Of a stretch of DNA of 64,000 nt, positions 10,275-23,200 are shown in pieces. The stretch spans positions 14,136,001-14,200,000 of the forward strand of contig NC_058382.1 in NCBI RefSeq assembly GCF_018350175.1. Reading direction: 5' to 3'. The notes beneath the pieces are model-generated. The model was not told the origin of the DNA and did no database searches. It worked only from the letters and a program-made list of their open reading frames with translations. Made by a program: the position numbers and the translations under genes. The first letter of the stretch is position 1. The number at the start of each line of letters is the position of its first letter. Origin of the DNA: Felis catus. Taxonomy: Eukaryota.

Positions 10275-11310
10275 TAAAACACCTTTATTAAGATTTAATT
10301 CACATGCCATATAATTCACCCACTCAAAGTACACAACTTAGTGCTTTCGGCCTATTCACAGAACGTGCAAACACCATCGCAATTAATTTGGAACATTTTC
10401 ATCACCCCAAAAAGAAATCCCTAGGAGTCACCCCCTCCGTTTTCCTTCTTAGCCTCTCCCCCAGCTGTCTACAACCGCTCATCTCCTTTCTCTTTGTACC
10501 TATTTGCCTGTTCCAGACATTTCACGTAAATGGGATCGTACATCACATTGTTCTTTGTCACTGGCTTCCACCGGCTTCTTTCACTTAGCAAAAAACATCG
10601 TTTCAAGGGGTGTCCGTGTTGGAGCACGTATCTGTCTGTCATTTCCTCTTTTTATTGCCCAGTACTATTATGTACATTGGATGGGTAGACCGGGTTTCAT
10701 TTTCATTTTATCCATGCAGTCCATGGAGGACGTCTGGGTTGTTTCCATTTGGGGCTATTATGAATAATGCCTCGATGGAATCATGTGCAAGTGTTTGTAT
10801 GAACATGTGTCTTCATTTCCCTTGGACATATACCTAGGAGTGGAAAGGCTGAGTCATATGCTAACTTCATGTTTATCCTTTTGAGGAACTAACTCCCAGA
10901 ATGTTTTCCAAAGCAGCTAGCTGCATCATTCAGCACACCCATCAGTAGCGTATGAGACTTTCAGCTTCTCCACATGTGTACCAGCNNNNNNNNNNNNNNN
11001 NNNNNNNNNNNNNNNNNNNNNNNNNNNNNNNNNNNNNNNNNNNNNNNNNNNNNNNNNNNNNNNNNNNNNNNNNNNNNNNNNNNNNNNNNNNNNNNNNNNN
11101 NNNNNNNNNNNNNNNTCTTCCTTGGAGAAGTCTCTGTTCATATGTTTTGCCCAATTTTTAATTGGGTTTTATCTTTTTATTATCGAGTTGTAGGAGTCCT
11201 TTATGTATTCTAAATACAAGCCCTTTATCAGATGTATGATTTGCAAAAGTTTCCTCCCATTCTATTGATTCTCTTTTCACTTTCTTTCTTTTTTTTTTTT
11301 AATGTTTATT

Positions 11311-11347
<37 letters not shown>

Positions 11348-11890
11348 CACAGAAACTGAAGCAGGCTCCAGGCTTTTGCTGCTTGTGTTTTCGATATCAT
11401 GGCTAAGAAACTGTTGCCTAATCCAAAGTCACGAAGACGTATACCTGTTTTTTTCCTAAGATTGTTTATTTATTTATTTTTAATTTTTTAATGTTTATTT
11501 ATTATTGAGAGACAGAGAGAGACAGAGCATGAGCATGGGAGGGGCAGAGAGAGGGGGAGACACAGAATCTGAAGCAGGCTCCAGGCGCCGAGCTGTCAGC
11601 ACAGAGCCCGACGTGGGGTTCTAACTCACAAATCATGAGACCGTGACCTGAGCCGAAGTCAGACGCCCAACCGACTGCCACCCACATGCCCCTCTAAGAT
11701 TTTTTAAATAGTTTCAGCTCTAACATTTAGGTCTTTGATCATTTTGAGTTAGTTTTCATATACAGTGTGAGGTAGGGATCCGACTTCATTATTTCACATG
11801 TGGATGTCCAGTTATCCCAGTACCGTTTGTTGAAAAGACTATTCTTTCCCCACAGAATTGTCTGGGCATCATTGTCAAAAATCAACTGAC
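10275..11890 (-). mobile_element. Old L1M (L1MB-like) 3' fragment interrupted by a gap and SINEs (partial at 11285-11373; full at 11462-11693)
   Basis: ataattcacccactcaaagt...aacattttcatcaccccaaaaagaaa and tgttgaaaagactattctttcccca motifs of L1M 3' ends. Confidence 0.75.
10986..11115. other. Assembly gap (130 N)
   Basis: N run. Confidence 1.
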
Positions 11891-12124
11891 TACATTAAAC
11901 CTTTAGATGTATTATTTAAACCTACATTAACCCTGTGAGGTAGAGACTATTATCAGTGTCGCCTTATAGATGAAGGCCCTAAGGCCAAGAGAGATTATGT
12001 GACTGGCCCATTATCACACAGCTAGCTGGTGGTGTGGCTGCAATTCAAACCCAGGGTTACTTTGAGCATTAAATGAGTAAAACATATGTCAAACACATAT
12101 AGTGAGTATTGCATAAACATTATT

Positions 12125-12346
12125 ATTTTCTTAAAACAATTTTTTTTAATATTTATTTATTTCTGAGAGAGAGACAGAACACGAACGGGGGAGGGACAGA
12201 GAGAGAGGGAGACACCGAATCCGAAGCAGGCTCCAGGCTCTGTGATGTCAGCACAGAGCCTGACTCGGGGCTCGAACTCACCAGCCGTGAGATCATGACC
12301 TGAGCTGAAGTCGGACGCCTGACAGACTGAGCCACCACCCAGGTGC
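12125..12346 (-). mobile_element. CAN-SINE
   Basis: Standard body in reverse. Confidence 0.9.
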
Positions 12347-12624
12347 ACTGTTTATCATTATTTTCATCATCATTGCCCCAGAGTGTTCAAATCTCCCATC
12401 ACTTGTTTTTGAAATACATGACAGCTGTCAAGAGAAATGGAACAATTTTGCTTGTTGTTTTTCCTTTTCTTTTATCATTTTCTGGATAATGAACTAACCC
12501 TCTGGTAGCTGTTGGTGATGACTAATGAGGTTTCTTTGTTAGTATCATTCTGAACTCACAGATTTTTAAATATTTGATGTGTTTAAATTTTTTGTCAATT
12601 TTTTTTATTTACCAACTTAACCAT

Positions 12625-12838
12625 TTTTTAAATTTTATTTATTTATTTTTGAGAGAGAGAGAGAGAGAGAGAGCATGAGTGAGCAAGGGGCAGAGAATCC
12701 CACGAAGGCTCCCCACTGTCAGCGCGGAGCCCGAGCGGGGCACAAACTCACCTGATGCAGGCCTCGAGCTCACCAACTGTGAGATCATGAACTGAGCAGA
12801 AGCTGGATGCTTAACTGACTGAGCCACCCAGGCATCCC
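12625..12838 (-). mobile_element. CAN-SINE
   Basis: Standard body in reverse. Confidence 0.88.
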
Positions 12839-12923
12839 TCTTTGTCAGTATTCTTTTGGACAAATCATATTGTCCCTGATTTTTCCAATGAGAACGCCTT
12901 CAAGTGGCTTCTGTGTCCTTTCA

Positions 12924-13142
12924 GGGGCGGCTCGGTGGCTCGGTTGATTAAGTATCCGACTTCAGCTCAGTTCATGATCTTATGGTTCGTGAGTTCGAGC
13001 CCCATGTCAGGCTCTGTGCTCACAGCTCAGAGCTTGGAGCCTACTTTGGATTCTTTGTCTCCCTTTCTCTCTGCCCTTCCCCTGCTCGCACTCTGTCTCT
13101 CTCTCTCCCTCAAAATAAATAAACTTAAAAATAAATTTATAA
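12924..13142 (+). mobile_element. CAN-SINE with 22-bp TSD (one mismatch)
   Basis: aagtg(g/a)cttctgtgtcctttca at 12902-12923 and 13143-13164. Confidence 0.92.
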
Positions 13143-13282
13143 AAGTGACTTCTGTGTCCTTTCAATATAGCCTCATCATTCTTTAAGCATTGCCTTACCA
13201 GCACTACAAGACATTCCAGCCTCATCTTGTCCTTTCTCTAAGGAGCTCTGGTTCCTTTATCACAAGAATGATGTTTAGAAGC

Positions 13283-13652
13283 TGTCTTAGTCAGCTCGGG
13301 TTGCTATGACAAAATTCCATAGACTGGTGGTGTACAATAGGTATTTATTTCTCATAGTTCTGGTGGCTCCAAAGTCCAAGATAAGGTATTAATAGACTTG
13401 GCTTCCGGTGAGGGCCCTCTTCCTGGGTTGCAGACAGCTGCCTTCTTGCTGGATCCNNNNNNNNNNNNNNNNNNNNNNNNNNNNNNNNNNNNNNNNNNNN
13501 NNNNNNNNNNNNNNNNNNNNNNNNNNNNNNNNNNNNNNNNNNNNNNNNNNNNNNNNNNNNNNNNNNNNNNNNNNNNNNNNNNNNNNNNNNNNNNNNNNNN
13601 NNNNNNNNNNNNNGAATTTAGGGGGCTAGGGCACAAACATTTAGTCCATAAC
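13283..13652 (-). mobile_element. MLT1A/B/C-like solo LTR spanning gap
   Basis: tgtcttagtc...atttctcatagttctgg...aaacatttagtccataaca. Confidence 0.75.
13457..13613. other. Assembly gap (157 N)
   Basis: N run inside an MLT1-like LTR. Confidence 1.
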
Positions 13653-13761
13653 AGAGACCACAATTAATAATTTTTTAAATATCATCATGTCCATACACCC
13701 AAACATTAACAACCTTTGCCATTGTTTAGAACAAAGGAAGAAATATGTTGGCTGTGAACTT

Positions 13762-13807
13762 ATTTTATTTATTTAAAAAAATTTTTTTTAATGTTTATTG
13801 ATTTTTT

Positions 13808-13838
<31 letters not shown>

Positions 13839-13993
13839 TGTGAGCAGCGGAGGGGCAGAGAGAGAGGAAGACACAAAATCTGAAGCAGGCTCCAGGCTCG
13901 CATTGTCAGCACAGAGCCTGACTCGGGGCTTGAATCCACAAACTGTGAGATCACGACCTGAGCTGAAGTTGGACGCTTAACCGACTGAGCCAC
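13762..13993 (-). mobile_element. CAN-SINE, slightly 5'-truncated, TSD tgttgg(c/t)tgtgaactt
   Basis: TSD 13746-13761 / 13994-14009. Confidence 0.9.
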
Positions 13994-14396
13994 TGTTGGT
14001 TGTGAACTTTAAAATAGGTGTGTATGTGTGGAGACACAGTTACTCAAAATTCTTTGGGACTGGACATAGCAAGACGATGTTCAAAATCTTGAATGACCAC
14101 TTAGGGCCCTGCCCTTCAGAAGTCAGCCTGGGGACCAATCCCAGCATTGGGCAACCTTTGGGGAGCTCATGTGTTCCTCTGTACCTCATTTTCCTCCATG
14201 GATGGGGGGCATAGACCGGTGTGATGCCAGGCTTTAACCCTTTAGTTGCTGGAGGGTGGAGAAGTCTGGGCAGTTCTGGGGGAGGCCCTTGGAGGCATCA
14301 GGGCAGGTTATTTATAAACGGGCATGAAGGTATTGTCCTATTTTAACAACCAGCTAAATGTCAACTGTGAGTATGCCAGCAAAAATATTTAAAGAC

Positions 14397-14851
14397 TGGG
14401 GTGCCTGCGTGGCTCAGCGGGTTGAGCGTCTGACTCTAGCTCAGGTCGTGATATCATGGTTCTGAACGTGAGTTCAAACCCTGCATCGGGCTCTCTGCTG
14501 TCAGCACTGAGCACTGCTTTGGATCCTCTGTCCTCTCTCTCTCTCTGCCCCTCCCCAACTTGCTCTCTCTCTCAAAAATAAATAAACCTTTGGGGTGCCT
14601 AGGTGGCTCAGTCAGTTAAGTGCTGATTTTGGCCCAGGTCATGGCCTCATGGTTCATGGGTTCAAGCCCCATGTCGGGCTCTGTGCTGACAGCTCAAAGC
14701 CTGGAGCCTCCTTTGGATTCTGTGTCTCCCTCTCTCTCTACCCCTCCCCCACTCACGCTCTGTCTTTCTCTCTCTCTCTTTCTCTCAAAAAATGAATAAA
14801 CATTAAAAAAATTTTAATTAAAAATAAATATAAATAAGTAAATCTTTAAAA
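14397..14851 (+). mobile_element. Two tandem CAN-SINEs (14397-14588, 14592-14851) just upstream of BLVRB exon 2
   Basis: Two heads and tails. Confidence 0.9.
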
Positions 14852-14997
14852 AATGTGTGAAGACCACTTACCCATAACAAGAGACCTGGGGGATGGATTT
14901 GGGGGTTCGTGGCACCCTCCGGGACCCAGCCCGTGGAGCCTGGGAGTGGCAGCCCACAAGCCTACTGACCTGCTTCTCTGCCCTTCTTTGCCCACAG

Positions 14998-15162
14998 GTT
15001 ATGAGGTGACAGTGCTGGTGCGGGATGCCTCCAGGCTGCCCCCAGAGGGGCCCCAGCCAGCCCACGTGGTAGTGGGTGACGTTCTGCATGCGGCCGATGT
15101 AGACAAGACCGTGGCTGGGCAGGATGCCATCATCGTGCTGCTGGGCACCCGCAATGATCTCA
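14998..15162 (+). CDS. BLVRB: BLVRB exon 2 (165 nt)
   Basis: cccacag|GT TAT GAG; [54 protein letters not shown]; CTCA|gtactg. Confidence 0.96.
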
Positions 15163-15297
15163 GTACTGAGCCCCCTCTCTGCCCACGGCCCACCCCTGCA
15201 CCTCGGCCCCCAGCGCCACCCCCGCCCCCGGCCCCACCCCTGCCACCCCCACCACCACCGCCACCTGCTAGTGACAGCCACTCTCTGTCCTCTCTAA

Positions 15298-15873
<576 letters not shown>

Positions 15874-16754
15874 TGAGGAGAAGGACGTGAAACAAATGGT
15901 TGCCTTGCATAATCCAAAAGACAGGGTACAGGGTGCATAATGGGAGCAGTGAATGCTAACAGCATTCACTGAGCACCTCCTGTGTGCTAAGCACCATATG
16001 AGTACCTTAGGGATGAGTGCCACTTGGTCATCACAAAATTCTGAGTATATATACTCCTAGCGGCACATAGTAGGTGCTCAGTTAATAGTAGCTGTTTTTA
16101 TGCCTCCCTTGTATGGAAGGGAGTGGAGGCACGGGGAGGCCCACCGGCTGCCCCGCAGTCACACAGCTTGGGGCTGGCAGACCAGGCTGTGAAACCAGGC
16201 TGTCTGTCTCCACGGTCTCCACGCCTTGCCTCTGTGCTTCATCCTCCCCAGGAAGGAAGCGACCTGAGGGAGGGCAGAGGGATCTGCAGTTGCGAAGGCT
16301 CAGAGGCAGGAGCGTGGCGCGGGCGGAGTGAGTGAAAGGGAGAGTGTTGGGTGCTCAGGTCAGGGGGCTAACGGTGCCAGGTCTGGTGGGGCCTTGTGGG
16401 CTCTGACGGGGACTCTGCTTTTACCGCGAATGAGGCTGAGCCACAGATGAACTCTGACCCTCTGGGGGTGCACAGGCCCTGTCTGGCTGCTTGCAGGGGG
16501 CAGGTTGTGGGGGCAGGGGTAGGCAGCCCAGGGAGGAGGCTGCTGTCATGACCCAGACAGGAGGTAAGTGGACAGGAAGAGGTAGGGAGAGAGGAGGTCA
16601 GCCCTTACGTGGCTGTGAGAAAGATGGGAAGCCGGGACAACTGGCAGGCAGTGGGGAGCCCCTGCAGGGTTTTGTCCTGGCATATGACCAGCGGGCTGTG
16701 GGCCTGGCCAGGCTGTCCTCAAGCCCTGGCTTACCCTGCTTTGTGTCTCCCCAG

Positions 16755-16883
16755 CCTTCCTGCTATGGGACCCGACCAAGGTGCCCCCGCGACTGCAGGA
16801 TGTGACCGATGACCACATCCGGATGCACAAGGTGCTGCAGGAGTCAGGCCTGAAGTACGTGGCCGTGATGCCGCCACACATAG
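16755..16883 (+). CDS. BLVRB: BLVRB exon 4 (129 nt)
   Basis: ctccccag|CC TTC; [42 protein letters not shown]; ATAG|gtgagt. Confidence 0.96.
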
Positions 16884-17113
16884 GTGAGTGGGGCTGGGAC
16901 CTGGGGGCAGGGTTGCCACCAGCCTCTCCCCTCCCATCAGATGGTGAGATCTGCCAGGCCTTCCCTGGCCAGTGTAAAATTGCAAACCCTCCCCCTGCAC
17001 TTTCTATCCTCTTTCCTGCTTGATTTTATCTCCTTTCTGATACCCTTTTCCATTACCTCTGTTTGACCAACCACCCCAAATTTAGAAATGTAAAACAACC
17101 CTTATTTAGTATT

Positions 17114-17794
17114 TTTTTTTTTAAGTTTATTTATTTTTGAGAGAGAGCACAAGCAGGGGAGGGGCAGACAGAGAGGGAGACACAGAATCCGAGGCAGGCT
17201 CCAGGCTCTGAGCTGTCAGCACAGAGCCCGACGCAGGGCTCGAACTCACGAGCTGTGAGATCAAAACCTGAGCTGAAGTCGGAAGTTTAACCTACTGAGC
17301 CACCCAAGTGCCCCAGCCCTTCTTTAGTATTATTATTAGAAGGGAGTTACTGGGGCTAGCCCATATTCAAGGGAGGGGGATTTACCTTTTACCACACATA
17401 GCGTTCCTTTCTTTATCTTAAAAAAAAATTTTTTTTAATGTTTCTTTATTTTAGAGGGGGGAGAGGGGCAGAGAGAGAGAAAGAATCTGAAGGCGGCTCT
17501 GCGCTGACAGAGAGCCAGATGTGAGGCTCGAACCCACCAACCATGATGACCTGAGCTGAAGTTGAACGCTTAACCAACTAAACCGTCCAGGCACCCCCCT
17601 CTCTCTCTTTCTTTTTTAATGTTTATTTATCTTTGAGAGAGAGAGCACGCACGCATGAGCAGGGGAGGGGAGAAAGGGGAACAGAGAATCTGAGGCATGC
17701 TCTGCCCTTGACAGCAGAGAACCCAATGCGAACCATGAGATCATGACCTGAGCTGAAGTCAGATGCTTAACCGACTAAGCCACCCAGGCGCCCC
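17114..17794 (-). mobile_element. Three antisense CAN-SINEs in BLVRB intron 4 (17114-17313, 17421-17597, 17611-17794)
   Basis: Three reverse bodies; TSDs visible. Confidence 0.9.
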
Positions 17795-18069
17795 TCCTTT
17801 CTTTATCTTATTTAGCGTGTGTCTCTGTCTGTAGAATGCCAACTCTTTGGAGGCACAGATTTTGTCTTGTTTTGATCACAGCTGTGTTCCTAGTGCCCAG
17901 AACAGGGCTTGGCATAAGGTAGATGTTCAGTAAATATCTGTCTGGTGAACCACATTTCAGGGTGCCGTTGTGGAAAGAATCAGTAAGCCACACCTACACC
18001 CTCTTTTCTTCTCCCAGGGCTGGAATCCACCTTGGGAGAGACACAGAGCCAGACACAGGGAGGGAGGAA

Positions 18070-18300
18070 TGAATTCATTCATTCATTCATTCATTCATTC
18101 ATTCATTCAACAAATGTCTTTTGCATATGGAGTATGTACCCTTCCAGGCACTGGTGACACAGTCTGCTCTCATGAGGTTTGCATTTCTAGCAGGGGAGAC
18201 AGGAAACTCAATATTACTGTTAGGTATGCTGTGGTGACTGAAGAAAGTATAAAGCACAGAGAAGGGAGACATGAGGGGGTGTTTATGGAGCACTGACTCT
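18070..18300 (-). mobile_element. L2 3' end with (TTCA)n
   Basis: ttcattcattcaacaaat...caggcactgg...ggagacag. Confidence 0.65.
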
Positions 18301-19227
18301 CTAAAGAGATGGCTTCGTGCAGCGAGGGAGAGGCCGGTGAGCGTCCAGGGCAAAGGAGGATTGGGGTGAGGGATCGGGAACACCAAGGCCCAAAGGCTGG
18401 GCACTTGTATCTGCCTCACATTTGCCTGTTTTGCTGCAAGGGCAGCTCTGCTTTGCCCTCTGGCTCCTGGGATCCCTGACAAGAGAAGGCCTGTGCGCCT
18501 TCTAGAGGTTCAAATAAGGCTCAGTGCTTAGGTTCCGTTCAGGGCCCTGTGGGGACCAGAATCCTAAGCTTTGAATCGGCGGCGGGGGCTGCATGATGGA
18601 GAAACTGGGTGAAAATCCCAGTCCCAGCACTGTGTGGACTTCAGGCCCAGGGCTTCTGTGCCTCAGTTTTCTCCTCTCTGAACAGGGCTCATAATTTTAC
18701 TTCCTGACCTCTGGGGTTTGAAGTGAAACCCAGAGACATCATGCCTAAACGTTATTTAACACAGAATACCTTTTTTGAGGTAGGTTTTTTTTTTTTTTTT
18801 TTTTTTTGTAGTATGTGTGTAAAAACTTCGAAACCTCCAGAAAAGTTGAAGACATTGAGATTTATGAAGACCCCTAAACCCTTCATCTAGATTCAATTAA
18901 CATTCTGTCGCTTGCTTTACCTTTTGTGCACGCACCTAATGTGTATATGTGAATACATGTGTAGTATATATTTTTTATAGTATTTGTGCATATATATAAA
19001 ATACATATATATTAAAAAAAATTTTTTTTGGCGAAAGTGAACCATTTGAGGATAAGTTGCAAACATCATCACATGTCACTCCTAGAACTTTGATAGGCAT
19101 CCCCCGAGAGAGGTATCTTCGGGAATGGTCCACAGTACCATTGTTGCATGAAGAGAATGGACATGAACTCTACCGTATCATTTAGGGTCCATTCCATATT
19201 TAATATTTTCCAATTGTTAAAAAATAT

Positions 19228-19473
19228 TGGGGAGCCTGGCTGGCTCAGTCAGAAGAGCTGTGACCCTTGATCTTGGGGTCGTGGGTTTGAGCCCCATGTT
19301 GGGTGTAGAGGTTACTTGAAAATAAAATTTTTAGGGGTGCCTGAGTGACTCAGTTGGTTAAGCATCTGATGCTTGGTTGGTTCCCCATGGTCTCACGATT
19401 CATGGGATTGAGCCCCATGTCAGGCTCTGGGCTGACAGCAAAGAGCCTGGTTGGGATTCCCCTCTCCCTCTCC

Positions 19474-19515
<42 letters not shown>

Positions 19516-19670
19516 ATATATATATATGGTTCATGAGTTCGAGCCCCACATCAAGCTGTGTGCTATCAGCGCAGAGCCCGCTTCGGATCCTGTCTCCCTC
19601 TGTCTCTGCTCCTCCCCCACTTGCTCTCTCTCTCTCTCTCTCAAAAATAAATACGCATTAAAAAAATTAA
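19228..19670 (+). mobile_element. Short tRNA-like SINE (19228-19330) plus chimeric CAN-SINE (19334-19670)
   Basis: Head-(CT)n(AT)n joined to the 3' half of a second SINE. Confidence 0.8.
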
Positions 19671-20289
19671 AAATATGTCTCACAAAATTGACTCAGCCAG
19701 GTCTCTTTCTAAATATCCCATCTTCTGGATTTCTCTGCTTGTTTTCTCCCAGACTCAGATGAAACATCGTTGGCAGGAATGCCACTTGGGTGAGGGTGTG
19801 TGTTTCTTACTGCACATGATTCCAGGCTGTCCCTGCACTGGTAGCTGCATTCAACCCCTAAGTGAAGTTGGTCACTGTCATAATGCAGCCAACAGATGCC
19901 CTCCTAACAGCCAAGTTATGCCTCCAAACGGAAGGACCCAGAGCAAATCTAGCTTTTGCTGCTGGGAAGTCACCCTTTGCAACCCTGGGAAGTAACTTCA
20001 AAGTAATCTCCCAGATTCAGTTTGCCCATCTGTAAAATAAGAGTCAATAATAGCCCCTAGCCTATTCTCTGCTTTTTCTCCATGTGACACATTGTCTATT
20101 TTACTTTCTTATCTGTTGCCTTTTCCTAGGGAATGACTGCACGCAAAGGGCAAGGGTTCTTGTCCGGTTTTTGCCTTGCTAGGTGCCCAGCACCTGACAC
20201 ATAGTAGGCCATCGATAAGGATTTATTGAATGAATGAAGTTGGTATAGATTAGCGTCCTGCTCGTGGGAAGGGTTTCATACATGGTTGA

Positions 20290-20556
<267 letters not shown>

Positions 20557-20615
20557 GGATCTGACCGCATCCAGGAGGACAGCGTTCTGAGAAATGGAGA
20601 ACAGAGGAAAGGAGC

Positions 20616-20621
20616 AATAAA
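20616..20621 (+). terminator. BLVRB polyadenylation signal AATAAA
   Basis: Canonical hexamer 60 nt after the stop. Confidence 0.85.
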
Positions 20622-22479
20622 TCTTGAGCCCAGAGCTTCACGTTATTCTAGAAGACCCGACTCTGACTCTTCCTCTGTCTGGCTTTGTCTGGCTGATTCG
20701 GTGTCTCTATCTCCCTCTGTGTAAGATTTTCCTTCATTTCTTCATCTGGCCCTGTGCTGGAGACCAGGTGAGGACTATGAGGACCCAGGGGGTGACCCTC
20801 CCTTCACAGATCTCACAGTCCAGTGAGGAAGACACCCTTGCCCGTGACAGTGACCACCCAGAGTGGCCAGGGCTCTGAAGGAGGAAGTCCAGAGGGCTTA
20901 GGAAACTACCTAAGCCAGCTCCAGGAGCAAACAAGTTAATAATACTTGGCTCAGAGGGGAGGAGTGGTCAGCCCCAAGAGGCTCTTACATGGAAGCTAAA
21001 TTGTGCAGAATCATTGTAAAAAGCTTGAGCTTCATCCTGAGGTTCTGTGCTAGGAGGGGAGCAGGAGAGAGGTGGAGAGGGGCACAGTCAGGTTTATGTT
21101 TTATAAAGCTGCCCTTGACTGCTGTGTAAATGTGGATCGGAGGCGTGCAAGAGTGGAGGCTAGAGCCCCAGGGCACCAAGACAGAGGCCTTGACGGGGGC
21201 AAGAGAGTGGAGGTGAGTGGAGTTGGATAGTCCATGACGGAGGGGAGAGAGGCATCCAGGCTTCATGGGACTGGAACCTAGAGATGGAGTTACAGTGAGG
21301 CCACTCTGAGATGGGGCCTCTGGAAGAAGGGCAGGATGGGGGGGCGGGGAGAATGACCCCTTCCTAATCATGTCCCTCTTTGGAATCTACTGTCCCCTGC
21401 CCATGTTGCCCAGAGACACCTTTTGCAGGTTTGAGTGAGCCACTCCTCTGTCCCCACTTCACAGCCTCCCCCACCTACCCACCCAACACCTTCCCCTCAA
21501 AAAAAAAAAAAAATTCCATTCCAATCATATATTGCTTCTGCAAGCAGCAGGATGACTGGTTGACAAATTCCAACCCGTGAGAACTGGTCTGAGGAGGCTT
21601 AAACCTCCCTTCCCAGGGGTAGCCTGGAAAAAAACTCCCTCTCCCTCCTCTTGGTGACACTTTTAGGGGAAGGGCAATACTGGTTCAGTTTCAGGGCACT
21701 AGCTCAGGGTTTTTGTTTTTGTTTTTTTTTCTGCCCTGTTTCTCCTTCTGTCACATTGGGCATATTTAAAGAACTTTCACTGGATGCCTGCTCTGTGTCC
21801 ATGTGCTGGGTGATGCTACGGACCAAGCCCTGGGTGACAGAGATAACCTCAGTACCTGCCCTCAGGGCCAAGAATGGGAGACATGGGCAGAGGGGTCAGG
21901 GTCAGGATGGGGTGAAGCCCAGGACACCATAGGAGCCCAGAATGGGTCCTAACCCACTCAAGCATCAAGGGAGGGCTTCTGAGAGAAGGAAATCTTTGAG
22001 ATGAGACCTGGTGAGAAACAGTCTGGGAACGGAAGGTGTACTTTCAGGATGGGGAAACAAGTTTAAAGATCCAGAGGCCCTTTATTGTCATTTTTGAGTA
22101 CTTGCTATGTACCTAAAGCATTGGGGTTAAGGCAGGGAAGAAAACAGACAAAATCTGTGTTTATGGTGGTGGCGGGCGCTCGAAGTCATTTTAGAAAAAC
22201 TGAGAGTCAATCTGTGGTCGGATCACAGGGAGCAAGGAGTGTGTTTCAGAGACTAGACCGTGAAGGGCTTTGTGGCAAAAGGGAGGAGTTTGGATTTTGT
22301 CCCCAGGGGAGCAGCGAGCAAGTAACGAGTTCCCAGCAGTGCCACCCTGAGAGGGGAAGGATGGGGCGTCGGGGGTTGCAGGAGAGACCAGCACAGGACG
22401 TGCTGAGAAGTCCTGAAGATTAAGAAAGGGGCCTTGGGGTAAAGTACTGGGGGGCGGGAGCACAGGAACTGGGCTGCGA

Positions 22480-23200
22480 TCGCCCAGGCAACGTTGGCCG
22501 CGCCAAACTATTGGCTGGTCTTCAGCTACGTCATCCTCCGCCCCGCAGCGTCCGCCCTCGGAACCCCGGGGGCGCGGCCTCCGCGAGTGGCTCAGCCCCG
22601 CCCGCCTGGAAAACAGGGTGGGGAGGGGCGTGCCGACCAGCCTCGCTCCCCGACAGGGTCCTCACCTGGTATAAAGGCATCGCAGAGATCAATGTTGACG
22701 ACTTTGGAGCGAGGACAGTGGCTGAATTGAAGGAAACAGTTCTGACGTCCCCGCCACCCTCCACCCTAGAGACGTGGCCCCTCCCCCGGGCGAGTCGGAA
22801 TCCTTTAAAAGGTCCGGGGTGCAAGGAAAGGGAGGGCCGGCCGGGTGTCTCCTGGCGACGGACCGGTGGCTCCACCCAGCCAATCCGCGCCCCGCAGCGG
22901 GCAGGGCTCCAGCCAATCGCGGCTCGCGGTTCGGCTCCTGGGCGGAGCGGGGTGGGCCGGAGGCCAAACCAAGAGGCCCTGGGGAGGTGAGCGAGGCTCG
23001 TACCCAGCACTGTTGGGTTGTAAAAGCTACGGACGTTCCACGACTTGGTCATTGCGAACCTGGCAGCTGAGGTGAGAGAGTCCACCTGGCTTGAGATTTG
23101 CCTTAGTTTAGGGAAGGTGGAGGCGCGCCCCCCGAGAGTCGTGGAGGCGGGGTCTGGGCGTGAGTCGGGGGCGCAGATAAGGGTGACTGATAGGGTTGGT
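22480..23200 (+). promoter_or_regulatory. CpG island, SERTAD3 promoter and non-coding exon 1
   Basis: CCAAT at 22880 and 22913, reverse CCAAT at 22510, GC boxes, CRE-like TGACGT at about 22744; candidate donors GAG|GTGAGA (exon end 23071) and GAG|GTGAGC (22986). Confidence 0.75.

Noticed and set aside
10926-11213. ORFs containing X runs (also 13352-13667)
   Set aside because: Artefacts of reading through N gaps.
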